From the NCBI GenBank assembly GCA_014377695.1, contig JACMPA010000026.1:4873-68872 (forward strand): DNA of 64,000 bases, read 5' to 3'. The stretch's first letter is position 1; each line of letters begins with the position of its first letter. The notes beneath the pieces were generated by a model. That model made no database searches, was not told the DNA's origin, and saw nothing but the letters and a program-made list of their open reading frames with translations. The stretch comes from Candidatus Saccharimonadota bacterium. GTDB lineage: Bacteria; Patescibacteriota; Saccharimonadia; Saccharimonadales; UBA4665. Positions 9,428-18,792 of this stretch are shown piece after piece. The position numbers and the translations under genes were made by a program.

Positions 9428-9624
9428 GAACGAATATACCTGCTGGCGGGCTGCCGTCTCACCACTTGTAAATTCGCCCCGACAGCAGCTAACATCGGCG
9501 CTAGGATAGTGCCTACTACGCCAATTGACGGCGGAATCTCGATAATTGTTTCGTTATCTTTATTTTTAATATGTATACGTCTGACAGTACTCTCGGCGAT
9601 TAGTGATTTTACTTTCTTAAGCAA
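9424..9624 (-). CDS. DUF4342-like small protein
   Basis: VRRIHIKNKDNETIIEIPPSIGVVGTILAPMLAAVGA matches the pattern I recall for DUF4342. Its stop overlaps the start of the downstream remnant (ATGA). Confidence 0.5.
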   Translation of the reverse strand: MLKKVKSLIAESTVRRIHIKNKDNETIIEIPPSIGVVGTILAPMLAAVGANLQVVRRQPASRYIRS

Positions 9625-9863
9625 GTCTTCACCGTTGACTCTAAATTATTCCGTTCGCTTTGACATTTTAATTATCCTTTCTGAATTTGATTGACTGTAT
9701 ACTTGACCTAATTATGCTAAGCACCCCTCTACGCAGTGCCGTAATGATGCTAGCGAAACTTGTAAGTCTCTGTATGGCGACTACATAGGCTACTGCTACG
9801 ACGTCTTCCCGGCCTCTCGCCAGAATTGCGGTCGCATCACGTTGTCCACCACTTGCCCTATAT

Positions 9864-10401
9864 TTATCGTGATAAATCATCGACGTTATACTCAAATGTT
9901 TCAAGTGTCTTGAATAAATCGGTATACTCGCCGTGGTCCGGGCAGGCGTACACAGCCATCCGAACCTGCACCGGTTTAATACTGAAGCTAACATAACTGC
10001 CAGCCTCCAGTTAGCTTAGTGGCGGGACGCCAGTCTGACTACTAGCCAGGCTTGTGTCCAATACCCGGGCGGCGTCCGCATTCATAGCAAACCCATTATC
10101 TACTTCTCAAGGCTATGCCGCTCAGCTGAACGGTAGGCTGAGTAAGCGGCTCGAATACAGTCAGCATGAAACGATCATTGTGCATTAAGTTATCGTATTT
10201 TTTTGTTTCCGACTTTGTCAGAAATGCAACCTCAAACTGTTTGTTAATCGTATAATGGATGCCTGCCCCATGTGGATCACCATTCGCATCAATGGTGCTC
10301 AGCACCCCCATCGAAGTCGCAAATAAGAAATCATACATGCGCTTCTGCGTATCGGAAAATTGTTTTGTTTCCTGCTCTAGTCCGTCGGTCACTATGTGCA
10401 T
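9864..10401 (-). pseudogene. Pyridoxamine 5'-phosphate oxidase-like (FMN-binding split barrel) pseudogene
   Basis: The intact N-terminal 101 aa include LFATSMGVLSTIDANGDPHGAGIHY...AFLTKSETKKYDNL. After about 10105 the family pattern continues in another frame and through a stop: EVDNGFAMNADAARVLDTS...PPLS*LEAGSYVSFSIKPVQVRMAVYA. Confidence 0.5.
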
Positions 10402-10473
10402 TGTGCGTGCTACTACATCGCAGTAAACAACTAATACTACTAAGCTACCGTGCGTCTTATCACATGGATATAT

Positions 10474-11133
10474 TCAACTCAGTTCTTGTAGCAACCGTTC
10501 GGCATCTAGGATTACAAACAAATGCTGATTCTGTACTACAAGCTCATCGTAAAACAACAGTTCTAAGGCTCGGCTAGCAGTCTCACGCGTCATGTTTATA
10601 GAATCGGCGATGTCTTGGTGAGTAACCGGGGCTTCGATAACAATACCCTCGGCTGTAGCGTGCCCAAAACGGTCAGCTAAATCAAGTAACCGGGCGATAA
10701 CCCGCTCCCGTGGCAGACGATATTCAAGGCTTTGTATCCGTTGAGCATACACCGTAAAAATGCTTACTAGCTGTTGTAGAATCTGCTCAGTGAGCCATAT
10801 ATCGCTACCCATAGCCAATCGAAGATCGTCCTTTGATGAGTTAATAATAGTGACGTCATTCATTGCCTCGTAGAACACACCGAGCTTCTGGACACCATCT
10901 AACGCCCAAGGTAGCGGCATGATTTCATTGCTACCATGTATTAACAGTAAGTTGTGCTGACCGGTTCGCGCTATTGTGTAGGCTCTCACATAACCTGACT
11001 GAATCAAATATACGCCTTTTGGCTCTTCGTCACCCTGTACTAGCACTTCGCCTTTTGAAAATCTTTTAGTTTTACCTCCGCTGAAATGAGAGATTATGTT
11101 TTCGGTGTCGTCATTGTGTTGCTTTACGTACAT
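10474..11133 (-). CDS. Crp/Fnr family transcriptional regulator
   Basis: cNMP-binding-like barrel (FSKGEVLVQGDEEPKGVYLIQSGYVRAY) plus a C-terminal HTH (THQDIADSINMTRETASRAL). Confidence 0.85.
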   Translation of the reverse strand: MYVKQHNDDTENIISHFSGGKTKRFSKGEVLVQGDEEPKGVYLIQSGYVRAYTIARTGQHNLLLIHGSNEIMPLPWALDGVQKLGVFYEAMNDVTIINSSKDDLRLAMGSDIWLTEQILQQLVSIFTVYAQRIQSLEYRLPRERVIARLLDLADRFGHATAEGIVIEAPVTHQDIADSINMTRETASRALELLFYDELVVQNQHLFVILDAERLLQELS

Positions 11134-11510
11134 AGCCTCAGTATAAGCTTTAAATCAATATGACGCGTGATAACCGACAATATAGCCGACTGAGCATACA
11201 TGCATATGCGTATCCGGCCGAGCTTATACCCTTGTACCCGGCAATCGGGCGCTAAAAAGAATCAGTATACGCCGGAGGTTATTGAAGACACCGACCGATG
11301 CTTGACGATAATCAGTCATCGAATACCCACTGCACATTGATGAGCCATAGGAAGCGTGTGATCCATATCTGCTATGTAGTATGTTGAATATTTAAGAGTT
11401 TAGTATTGCACCCACTATGGTTGGTGATTCTGATGCTGAAGTTAGGAAACAGTCTGGAGTCGTGCTCAGATGCCTAATCACGGCCAACACTATTTGTTGC
11501 TTGGTAAACT

Positions 11511-11540
11511 AGAACGGTCCTGTCTAAGCAGGTCCGTTCT
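11511..11540 (-). terminator. Hairpin terminator downstream of the FMN reductase gene
   Basis: agaacggtcctg-tctaag-caggtccgttct, 12-bp arms with one mismatch. Confidence 0.45.
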
Positions 11541-11563
11541 ACGAAGCGAAATGAATCTAGTGT

Positions 11564-12094
11564 TTACACTAATTCGTCAACGGCAACTTTAATCTGCGCC
11601 ATTGTATTGACCTCGTCGAGGAATGAACCGTCTGGGTTCAGATCTTTCATAAAACCGAGTTGAGCCATTTCGTGCTTAGCATCGGCTTTGAGGTTCTCGA
11701 GAACTTCACGTAAGTTTAGAACTGCAAGTGAACCACCGCTCCAACCATAGGCAACCGCGCTTACTGGCTTTTCGAGCCACTCGGCACCTAGTGAATCAAG
11801 GGCGTTCTTTTGGATTGCAGTCAATGAGTGGTTATACTCTGGAGTAATAAACAATACGCTGTCAGCAGCTTGCACCATGTCGCTCCAAGCCTGAACGAGT
11901 GGATCGCTAATGGTGTATTCAGGACTTATTGGCGCATTTTCGTTGTCGAAATACGGTAAATTTAGTTCCTTGAGGTCGGCAACAGTCAGTGTTACATCGT
12001 CGCGGGCAGCTATATCGGCTTTAATGTGTTCGAGGACTTTATCTGCGACACGGCCTGGGCGAGCACTGCCGATAACAACTAGTAGATTGGACAT
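11564..12094 (-). CDS. NAD(P)H-dependent FMN reductase family oxidoreductase
   Basis: LLVVIGSARPGRVADKV...VLFITPEYNHSLTAIQKNALD is the flavodoxin-like FMN_red signature. Confidence 0.85.
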   Translation of the reverse strand: MSNLLVVIGSARPGRVADKVLEHIKADIAARDDVTLTVADLKELNLPYFDNENAPISPEYTISDPLVQAWSDMVQAADSVLFITPEYNHSLTAIQKNALDSLGAEWLEKPVSAVAYGWSGGSLAVLNLREVLENLKADAKHEMAQLGFMKDLNPDGSFLDEVNTMAQIKVAVDELV

Positions 12095-12124
12095 ATGTAT
12101 GAGCTCCTTTAATGTAAGTGAGAC

Positions 12125-12161
12125 TATAGTATACCGCCTATACTATAAAAGGTATAGTATA
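12125..12161. promoter_or_regulatory. Three evenly spaced TATAGTATA half-sites (alternating orientation) upstream of the FMN reductase gene
   Basis: tatagtata(12125-12133)-ccgcc-tatactata(12139-12147)-aaagg-tatagtata(12153-12161), starting 31 bp upstream of the start codon at 12094. Confidence 0.35.
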
Positions 12162-12281
12162 GGCGAACATTTAATCAGTACAACTCAAATCGCTCTGAAT
12201 TTACATTTTATACGCTTTTAATGTACCGAATAAAATGATGAAGACAGTCATACGCTCTTTGTTGGATTGTCAGTACCAGGA

Positions 12282-13820
12282 CTATTGATTGAATTTATTG
12301 GCTAGGCGCGCAAAGTCGGCGATGTCAACCTTACCACTACTGTCAATATCAGCACGAGGATTAGTTAACTGAGCCGTAGTACGGTTGAAATTAGCTGACA
12401 AGATCGAGAAGTCGGCGATGTCGACTCTACCGCTCATATTTATATCTTCGGCGCGGAAGGTACTGTTGGTAACCGTTACGCTGACACTAGTGCTTGGCTT
12501 AGTATTTCCAGCAGCGTCACGAGCGATAGCAGTCAAGTTGTAAATACCGTTAGCAGTCGTAGTTGTATTCCAACTAGTGCTAAATGGTGACGACGTGACT
12601 TCAGCATTTAGATTAACGCCGTTTAGCTGGAACTGGACACCCGTTACTCCGACTGCATCGGAAGCTGTAGCAGTAAGCGTTACAGGGCCATTAAGAATTG
12701 CATTCGCAATTGGTGCGGTTATAGAAACTGTCGGTGCCGTAGTATCGGCAGCTGGAGCTAACGTTGTCAGTGTAGCGTCAGGTGACATCGTCAAGTTACT
12801 GGCTGCGTCTTTGGATTTCACTCGGTAGTGATACAGCGTGCCGGCCGTCAAGCCGCTAACATTGACACTATGAGTAGTCACTTTAGTGGTTGCGAGGGTC
12901 GAAGTACTACCATATGCAGTCGTAGTACCATATTCAACTTGCGAGTCCGCAGCTTCATTTGTCGTCCATGTGACCGTGGCCGAGGTTTGAGTGATGCTGC
13001 TGCTAGCAACCACACTCACGGTTGGCGCCGTACTATCCGGGATAGTAAAGGTTACCTGGCTACTTGATCCGACATTACCGACGCTATCTGTGGCCTTCAC
13101 GACTAACGTATGTGACCCGACGCTCAAACCGTTCAAGCTGAGCGGTATCACATATGCACCTGTAGTAGGCGTAGCATCAGTAGCGGCGGCCGTAGTACTA
13201 CCGTCTAAGTAAGCAGCAATACTCGTAATTGAGCTTGTGTCGGTAGTAGTTCCGGTAATATTAGTGGTAGCACCACTCACAGAAGCAGCATTAGCCGGGG
13301 CAGTTACCGTAACAGTTGGGGCAATCGTATCGCTCGAAGCACAATTTTCACCGTAATAATTAACGCCACCGATTGCCACGGCCGTATTATCGGGCACACA
13401 GCTGCTGTCGCCGGTCATAATAATGCGATCAACTTCGACGTTGTCATCTTTTCCAGCCATGGTAACCGTGAACGCTCCGGCTGAGTTAGAACTAACAACG
13501 ACTGGCGTAGCGTACTTGACCCAGGTCCATGTGTTAGCAGTTAGGGTCGTGCCGCCCATGGTCGCCCCACACAGCAAGTTTGAACCAGCGTTATCTATGT
13601 TCATATAATACGCGTTATTGGCCGGTGTAGCCGTGCGAATACGACTCCAGATCGTATAAGTACCCGCAGTCAGTGATGCGGACTGGGTCACAGTACCTCT
13701 GTCGGTTGGCAAGGCGGCACAAGCAGCTGAAACAGGTTGCTGAGATGTCGTATACATGAGACAGGTTGTAACCGTTAATACGGCTATCAAGAATCCAGCC
13801 ACTCCACTTTTGATCGTCAT
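12282..13820 (-). CDS. Secreted multidomain protein: CBM-like module, Ig-like repeats, FN3, C-terminal dockerin
   Basis: Signal/anchor GFLIAVLTVTTCLMYT. CBM-like TAGTYTIWSRIRTA...VEVDRIIMTG. FN3 ATVTWTTNEAADSQVEYGTT...LYHYRVKS. Two dockerin Ca-loops: DINMSGRVDIADFSILSANF and DIDSSGKVDIADFARLANKF. Confidence 0.8.
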   Translation of the reverse strand: MTIKSGVAGFLIAVLTVTTCLMYTTSQQPVSAACAALPTDRGTVTQSASLTAGTYTIWSRIRTATPANNAYYMNIDNAGSNLLCGATMGGTTLTANTWTWVKYATPVVVSSNSAGAFTVTMAGKDDNVEVDRIIMTGDSSCVPDNTAVAIGGVNYYGENCASSDTIAPTVTVTAPANAASVSGATTNITGTTTDTSSITSIAAYLDGSTTAAATDATPTTGAYVIPLSLNGLSVGSHTLVVKATDSVGNVGSSSQVTFTIPDSTAPTVSVVASSSITQTSATVTWTTNEAADSQVEYGTTTAYGSTSTLATTKVTTHSVNVSGLTAGTLYHYRVKSKDAASNLTMSPDATLTTLAPAADTTAPTVSITAPIANAILNGPVTLTATASDAVGVTGVQFQLNGVNLNAEVTSSPFSTSWNTTTTANGIYNLTAIARDAAGNTKPSTSVSVTVTNSTFRAEDINMSGRVDIADFSILSANFNRTTAQLTNPRADIDSSGKVDIADFARLANKFNQ

Positions 13821-13823
13821 AAG

Positions 13824-15305
13824 CTAGAGTACCTTCCCTGCTTCGTCATCATGATGTGGCTGTACGACACTACCAGGTGCAGGTATATGAATTGTTCGCG
13901 GCGGGGTTATGCTAGGCGCAGCTTGATACGGACTAGGTGGCGACTGCAGGATTCCCACTGTAGGCACAGAAGCGGTATTAGCAGTTAGAGTTTGCCAACG
14001 TTCCATGAGATTCAGTCGGCTGCGCAGTACGTAAGCTGCCGCGGCTGCGACTAGCAGCAAAAGGAACACAACTGGGACAACTAGTGGCACTGATTTACTG
14101 GCGGAAACCGGAAGTTTTACGGAAACATTTTGCAAAGCAGATGTCTGGGTGCCAGTTGAAGGATTAGTAACGATGTTGTTGTCGACCGCAATAGCTTGGC
14201 TGTACTCTTTGCCATCAGCCTTGTAGCTAACATGGTGATTTCCTGGGGCTACGTCAGTGAACATGGCTACACCGTCAGAGTCAGTTTTGACAGTCTGTGG
14301 GTCAGAGTGAAGCACTATTTCAGACTTTTTGAGTGGCTTGTTATCTTTATCGAGCATTGTGACTCGCAGCCTAAAGCCTTTAGTCTTAAATGTTTTGATG
14401 TCGGACTGCATCATGTTACCACCAGCATCTTTAGCGTAAACCTGGTAAGAATATGACACACCCGGTAGCAGCCCTGCAGTGGCTATATCTATATCATGGG
14501 CCGTTGCTAACTCCGACAGACCAGTTTGAAGATTCAGTTGGTCACCAACGCCATACTTGATGTACACCTGTGTTGGTTCGTTAGTCATTAAACTCACACT
14601 GGCGCTATTGTAGTTTAGCTTATCCTTTGGAATCTCAACGTTTTGAACTTCAGGCGGCAGTGTATCAACGGCAGTAGATGTTGGTGTAGGTGTAGGTGTC
14701 GATGTCGGGGTCGGGGCGGTCGAAGGAGTAGCTGGTTTTGGTGTCGTAGTTGTTGGTGTAGGTGTTGGTGTTGGTGTTGGTGTTGGTGTTGGTGTTGGTG
14801 TTGGTGTTGGTGTTGGTGCACTAAAAGCAACAGTACCGTTGCTCACTGCTGGGTTTGTATACGTACCATCAGGTGTACTAGCATCGGCAGCCGACAAAGT
14901 TAGGCCAGTTGAACCGCTACCACTTAGAGCTTGAAATGTCACATTTGCAATAAGTGAGTCGCCCGATACTGCAGCTCCGCCTAGACTAATGCCCCGTGCC
15001 AAACTTAAACTATTGGTAGACACAGATTGTGCTAAACCAGTGCTAAATGCTGACTGTGACGAGTCTAGGCTAATGTATCTGAGTTTACTACTATCCCAGT
15101 TAAGGCTAAATTGCACAGCGCCCACCGTACTGCCCGGGTTAATTCGGATAGCGACAGTTACATTTGCTTGATTTAATACGCTGATCGCACCTGGACTTAC
15201 GTATATTTGGCCGGTACCAGCTAGAGCGGTGCTTGCAGTTAACACACCCATAGCCATAGTGACGGCGATTAGGACGGCTACTTTTATTGTTTTTGAATGA
15301 CTCAT
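13824..15305 (-). CDS. Membrane-anchored cohesin-domain protein with PT linker, FN3-like and CarboxypepD_reg-like domains
   Basis: Signal peptide AVLIAVTMAMGVLTASTALA. Cohesin-like segment GQIYVSPGAISVLNQANVTVAIRINPGSTVGAVQFSLNWDSSKLRYISL...GDSLIANVTFQAL...VSNGTVAF. (PT)n linker. RLRVTMLDKDNKPL...DSDGVAMFTDVAPGNHHV. C-terminal TM VPLVVPVVFLLLLVAAAAAYVL. Confidence 0.8.
   Translation of the reverse strand: MSHSKTIKVAVLIAVTMAMGVLTASTALAGTGQIYVSPGAISVLNQANVTVAIRINPGSTVGAVQFSLNWDSSKLRYISLDSSQSAFSTGLAQSVSTNSLSLARGISLGGAAVSGDSLIANVTFQALSGSGSTGLTLSAADASTPDGTYTNPAVSNGTVAFSAPTPTPTPTPTPTPTPTPTPTPTTTTPKPATPSTAPTPTSTPTPTPTSTAVDTLPPEVQNVEIPKDKLNYNSASVSLMTNEPTQVYIKYGVGDQLNLQTGLSELATAHDIDIATAGLLPGVSYSYQVYAKDAGGNMMQSDIKTFKTKGFRLRVTMLDKDNKPLKKSEIVLHSDPQTVKTDSDGVAMFTDVAPGNHHVSYKADGKEYSQAIAVDNNIVTNPSTGTQTSALQNVSVKLPVSASKSVPLVVPVVFLLLLVAAAAAYVLRSRLNLMERWQTLTANTASVPTVGILQSPPSPYQAAPSITPPRTIHIPAPGSVVQPHHDDEAGKVL
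14761..14814. repeat. Perfect hexanucleotide microsatellite (GGTGTT)x9 encoding the Pro-Thr linker
   Basis: Nine perfect ggtgtt units were counted directly, flanked by imperfect copies. The repeat is in frame within the cohesin gene. Confidence 0.95.
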
Positions 15306-15661
15306 CGGTGTTTTTTCCTTGAGTTGTCAATTGGTCAGTTGGCTTTGTAACCCCGGCTGACAGTTGTTGACAGGCTTATTGAAGCACTATTTATTATGTG
15401 TATGTCCTTGGTATGATGTACCTTACGCTTATGTATGTCAAGTTATTTATTGCTCAGCTAGAGTTATTTCTACGTACCGCTGCAATTGCGGATGGCTAGC
15501 CCATAAGAGCATAAGTATATCTAACGTCATCAATAGCAATCTGCTAGCCTCTTCTGGCTTGGGGAGGCGGGATACTGTTCACGCCTCCCCAGTTGGTTAA
15601 TGAGTAAACTGAAAGTTTTCGAGCGTATTATGCATCTCTATGCATCTCACATTAAGGAGAT

Positions 15662-16711
15662 CTATGCCATGGTCGCAACGTCGATGACAAAGCGATACCG
15701 GACATCCGAATGTACTACGCGTTCGTATGCATCGTCTATATCGTCAGCCGAGATGACTTCAATCGTCGCACCCAGCCTGTGCTCAGCGCAAAAGTCTAAC
15801 ATTTCTTGGGTTTGCTTAATGCCACCGATCATCGAACCGGCAAAACTACGGCGGTTCGTGAGCAAATTGAATACTCCAACAGACATCGGCTCTGGTGGCG
15901 CACCGACGTTGACCATGGTTCCATTTACCCTCAGAAGCTTGAGGAAACTGTCTAGTTCAACGTTTGCACTAACTGTGTTAATGATTAGGTCAAACGAGCC
16001 GGCAAGTTTATCGAATGTGGCGTCATCCTTCGTTGCATAGTAGTGGTCAGCCCCAAACATCTTGCCATCTTCTTCCTTATCCATCGTCTGCGATAGGACA
16101 GTCACTTCTGCGCCCATGGCATGGGCTATTTTCACTGCCATGTGGCCTAACCCACCCAAACCAACAATTGCAACATGCTTTCCTGGCCCTGCTTCCCAGT
16201 GGCGCAGCGGCGAGTAAGTTGTGATGCCTGCACAGAGTAACGGCGCAGCTTCGTCTAGTTCAATACTGTCCGGAAGCTTTAGAACAAAATTTTCGGTTAC
16301 AACTATATGGGTCGAATAGCCGCCTTGAGTTTTTTCGCCGTTACCGTACTGGTCAACACCAGCATATGTACCAACCATGCCCTTGAGACAATACTGTTCT
16401 TCACCCTTTACGCAGTTTTCGCACTCACCACAAGAATTCACCATACAGCCAACACCCACATGATCACCGATTTTGTATTTAGTAACCTCAGTTCCTACTT
16501 CGCTCACGACACCAGCGATTTCGTGACCTGGAACCAATGGGTATTCGATGTCGCCCCATTCTTCACGAGCAGTATGAATATCTGAATGACATATACCAGC
16601 AAATTTAATGTCGATGAGTACATCTTTGGCGCCTACGTCGCGGCGCTCGATTGTTGTAGTCTTGAATTTTTTATCTTTACCAAATACGGCACGAGCATTA
16701 ACTGTCTTCAT
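15662..16711 (-). CDS. Zn-dependent NAD(P) alcohol dehydrogenase (cinnamyl-ADH/YahK-like)
   Basis: [16 protein letters not shown], the structural Zn Cys cluster CGECENC, and the Rossmann motif [11 protein letters not shown]. Confidence 0.9.
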   Translation of the reverse strand: MKTVNARAVFGKDKKFKTTTIERRDVGAKDVLIDIKFAGICHSDIHTAREEWGDIEYPLVPGHEIAGVVSEVGTEVTKYKIGDHVGVGCMVNSCGECENCVKGEEQYCLKGMVGTYAGVDQYGNGEKTQGGYSTHIVVTENFVLKLPDSIELDEAAPLLCAGITTYSPLRHWEAGPGKHVAIVGLGGLGHMAVKIAHAMGAEVTVLSQTMDKEEDGKMFGADHYYATKDDATFDKLAGSFDLIINTVSANVELDSFLKLLRVNGTMVNVGAPPEPMSVGVFNLLTNRRSFAGSMIGGIKQTQEMLDFCAEHRLGATIEVISADDIDDAYERVVHSDVRYRFVIDVATMA

Positions 16712-16845
16712 AGTTCCCCCATACGGATTATTTAGAATTACTAACTTAGCTTATTAAACACGCCTAGATATTTTGTTACAGTTCACTATTTCACTATGAG
16801 CACGTGGTACGTGTGCAATGTCTAACTTAATACAGCTGCCAACAA

Positions 16846-17799
16846 TCACTTTTCCTTGTCACGGGTATTCGTATAGCCGCGGTGCCATGATTCGATGATT
16901 GCCCCTATGCCATTTTGCGAATCGAGCGTGAAAGTTTCATGTTTTAAGGCAAAGCGTTTAGCGTTAAAACCAATACCTTGTGTGCGACAATAGACCTTGA
17001 CTCCTTCAGCTCCAAAGTACAAGATTTGACCACTATAGTAGACCCAAAGCAGCAATGTTATTAACGAAGCTGCTGCGCCATATGCCCCAGCCGTACCATT
17101 GCGACCAATGACTATGCCCAAAATTATCTTGCCAAGGATAAATAAAACTGCGACAGCAAGCGCAGCCGTCATGACAATTTTACGAGGGATTCTGACGTCC
17201 GGCACGATGCGGTACAGTGCGTAAATCAAACCGATGAAGACAGTTAGCGATACAACAGTATTGATTGATTCCAGGGCGATGGCCGGAATACCGAACTGAT
17301 CTTCGATCTTTTTACCTAAGCCTGCTATAAACGCCGACAAGACTAACGAAGCCAATACCAAGGCACTTCCAGCAATTATTAAACCTACATTCTTGAGTTT
17401 TACATAGATCGCTCTTTTGAATCCGGCTTTTGGGTCTGGAACAACTTCAAAGATAGTATTGAGCGAGGTTTGCAATTGACCGGTGATTGCACTTGCTCCC
17501 AGCAAACTGCCGACGATTCCAATCGCTAAAGCTAGAACCCCGCTACCACTACTTTGAGAGCTGGAGATAACACCTTGTAGTGTCTTGGCTGTATCTGCAC
17601 CAATGGTACCTGATAATTTATCGGCTAACTGACCCTGGGCCGCTTGGTCGCCGTATATTAGTCCTATAACACTGATGAGTATTAACAGCACTGGACCAAT
17701 AGAGAAGATAGCAACGTATGCAAAAGCAGCACTCAGCTGACTTACCTTGTCTTTACTAAATTCTTTAAATGTTTGCTTTATGAAGCTAACAAGCTTCAT
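16846..17799 (-). CDS. YihY/BrkB family membrane protein
   Basis: FSKDKVSQLSAAFAYVAIFSIGPVLLILISV plus a six-TM pattern typical of YihY. Confidence 0.85.
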   Translation of the reverse strand: MKLVSFIKQTFKEFSKDKVSQLSAAFAYVAIFSIGPVLLILISVIGLIYGDQAAQGQLADKLSGTIGADTAKTLQGVISSSQSSGSGVLALAIGIVGSLLGASAITGQLQTSLNTIFEVVPDPKAGFKRAIYVKLKNVGLIIAGSALVLASLVLSAFIAGLGKKIEDQFGIPAIALESINTVVSLTVFIGLIYALYRIVPDVRIPRKIVMTAALAVAVLFILGKIILGIVIGRNGTAGAYGAAASLITLLLWVYYSGQILYFGAEGVKVYCRTQGIGFNAKRFALKHETFTLDSQNGIGAIIESWHRGYTNTRDKEK

Positions 17800-17801
17800 G
17801 G

Positions 17802-18041
17802 TTATTTCTTAAAAGCGCGCTTAGCTTTTCGTAGCGCACCTGTTCCAGCCATAGCAGTCAATGCACCACCCTTTTCAGCAATTATCGAAAAAATATCGAG
17901 TTTACGCTCAATCGCATCATGTATGGTATTAATTTTTTGACGGATTACTATTACAGTTGCCAGTAGTCCAATGAGCATCAAAAAGCTTAAACTCATAAAA
18001 ACAATAGCCATGATGTAAAAAGTTGTTTCTAATCCGGTCAT
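17802..18041 (-). CDS. Small membrane protein, unknown function
   Basis: One N-terminal TM (FYIMAIVFMSLSFLMLIGLLATVIVI). Packed 2 nt upstream of the YihY gene. Confidence 0.45.
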   Translation of the reverse strand: MTGLETTFYIMAIVFMSLSFLMLIGLLATVIVIRQKINTIHDAIERKLDIFSIIAEKGGALTAMAGTGALRKAKRAFKK

Positions 18042-18209
18042 GGTACATCCTCAAGTTTTAAATAGTCGACTGTATTAATATAGCGTACCGCTTGACTTCT
18101 AGTTATAAGAATACTTACATGACATTCATAAGTACGATAGGCTCAGTTTAATGAGTTCGGAATGTAAAGTCGGGTTAACAATTCACATTTCATCTGCTAC
18201 AATTTAGGT

Positions 18210-18704
18210 ATGGCTAATAAAACAATATATCTAGCCGGCGGCTGCTTCTGGGGGCTCGAAGACCTATTTAGGGCAGAGCCCGGTATTGTAGATACTGAGG
18301 TTGGGTATACTGGTGGTTCAAACGAAAATCCGGACTATCATAACCATCCTGGCCATGCTGAGGCCTTGGCAATAACTTATGATGCATATCAAACGAGTTA
18401 TGCGGCAATTCTCAACTTTTTCTTTCGCATCCACAATCCTACAACTAAGGACCGCCAAGGAAATGACGTGGGCTCCTCCTACCGGTCCGCTATATTCTAC
18501 CAAGACAATGACGAGCTGAAGAGTGCCCAAGACATGATCGAAACAGTTAATACATCTGGACTATATCCTGACCCGGTCGTCACAACGCTTGAGACATACC
18601 AAAAGTTTTATTCAGCTGAGGACTACCACCAGGACTATTTGCAAAAAAACCCCGGTGGTTACACCTGTCACTACGTGCGCTCAGACAAAAGCCTGATTGC
18701 TTAA
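18210..18704 (+). CDS. msrA: Peptide-methionine (S)-S-oxide reductase
   Basis: GGCFWGLE active-site motif, HAEALAITYD, YHQDYL. Confidence 0.93.
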   Translation: MANKTIYLAGGCFWGLEDLFRAEPGIVDTEVGYTGGSNENPDYHNHPGHAEALAITYDAYQTSYAAILNFFFRIHNPTTKDRQGNDVGSSYRSAIFYQDNDELKSAQDMIETVNTSGLYPDPVVTTLETYQKFYSAEDYHQDYLQKNPGGYTCHYVRSDKSLIA

Positions 18705-18792
18705 ACTGGGATTGTCTATTACTGATATTGGCTTCTGTACACTTGAAATTGAATTACAGTCAAACAAAGCTATTCGAATTAACTACTAAGTG

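Noticed and set aside
9668-9994. The 108-aa minus-strand ORF.
   Set aside because: It overlaps, in a different frame, the recognisable C-terminal remnant of the PNPOx-like pseudogene (SYVSFSIKPVQVRMAVYA...). Its composition looks non-coding.
14615-14903. The HQHQ-repeat ORF (minus strand) and the CRCW/CWCW-repeat ORF (plus strand).
   Set aside because: Both are alternative-frame or antisense readings of the (GGTGTT)n microsatellite inside the well-supported cohesin gene. They are not independent genes.
15600-16040. This long ORF and similar ones (33801-34166, 34323-34793, 35494-35841, 22183-22698, 63550-63993, 50945-51289) that lie opposite or out of frame to strong genes.
   Set aside because: Each lies entirely within a gene carrying diagnostic motifs (ADH, PilC, the minor pilin, DipZ, the hydrolase, NusB/Nudix). 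They are typical shadow ORFs.
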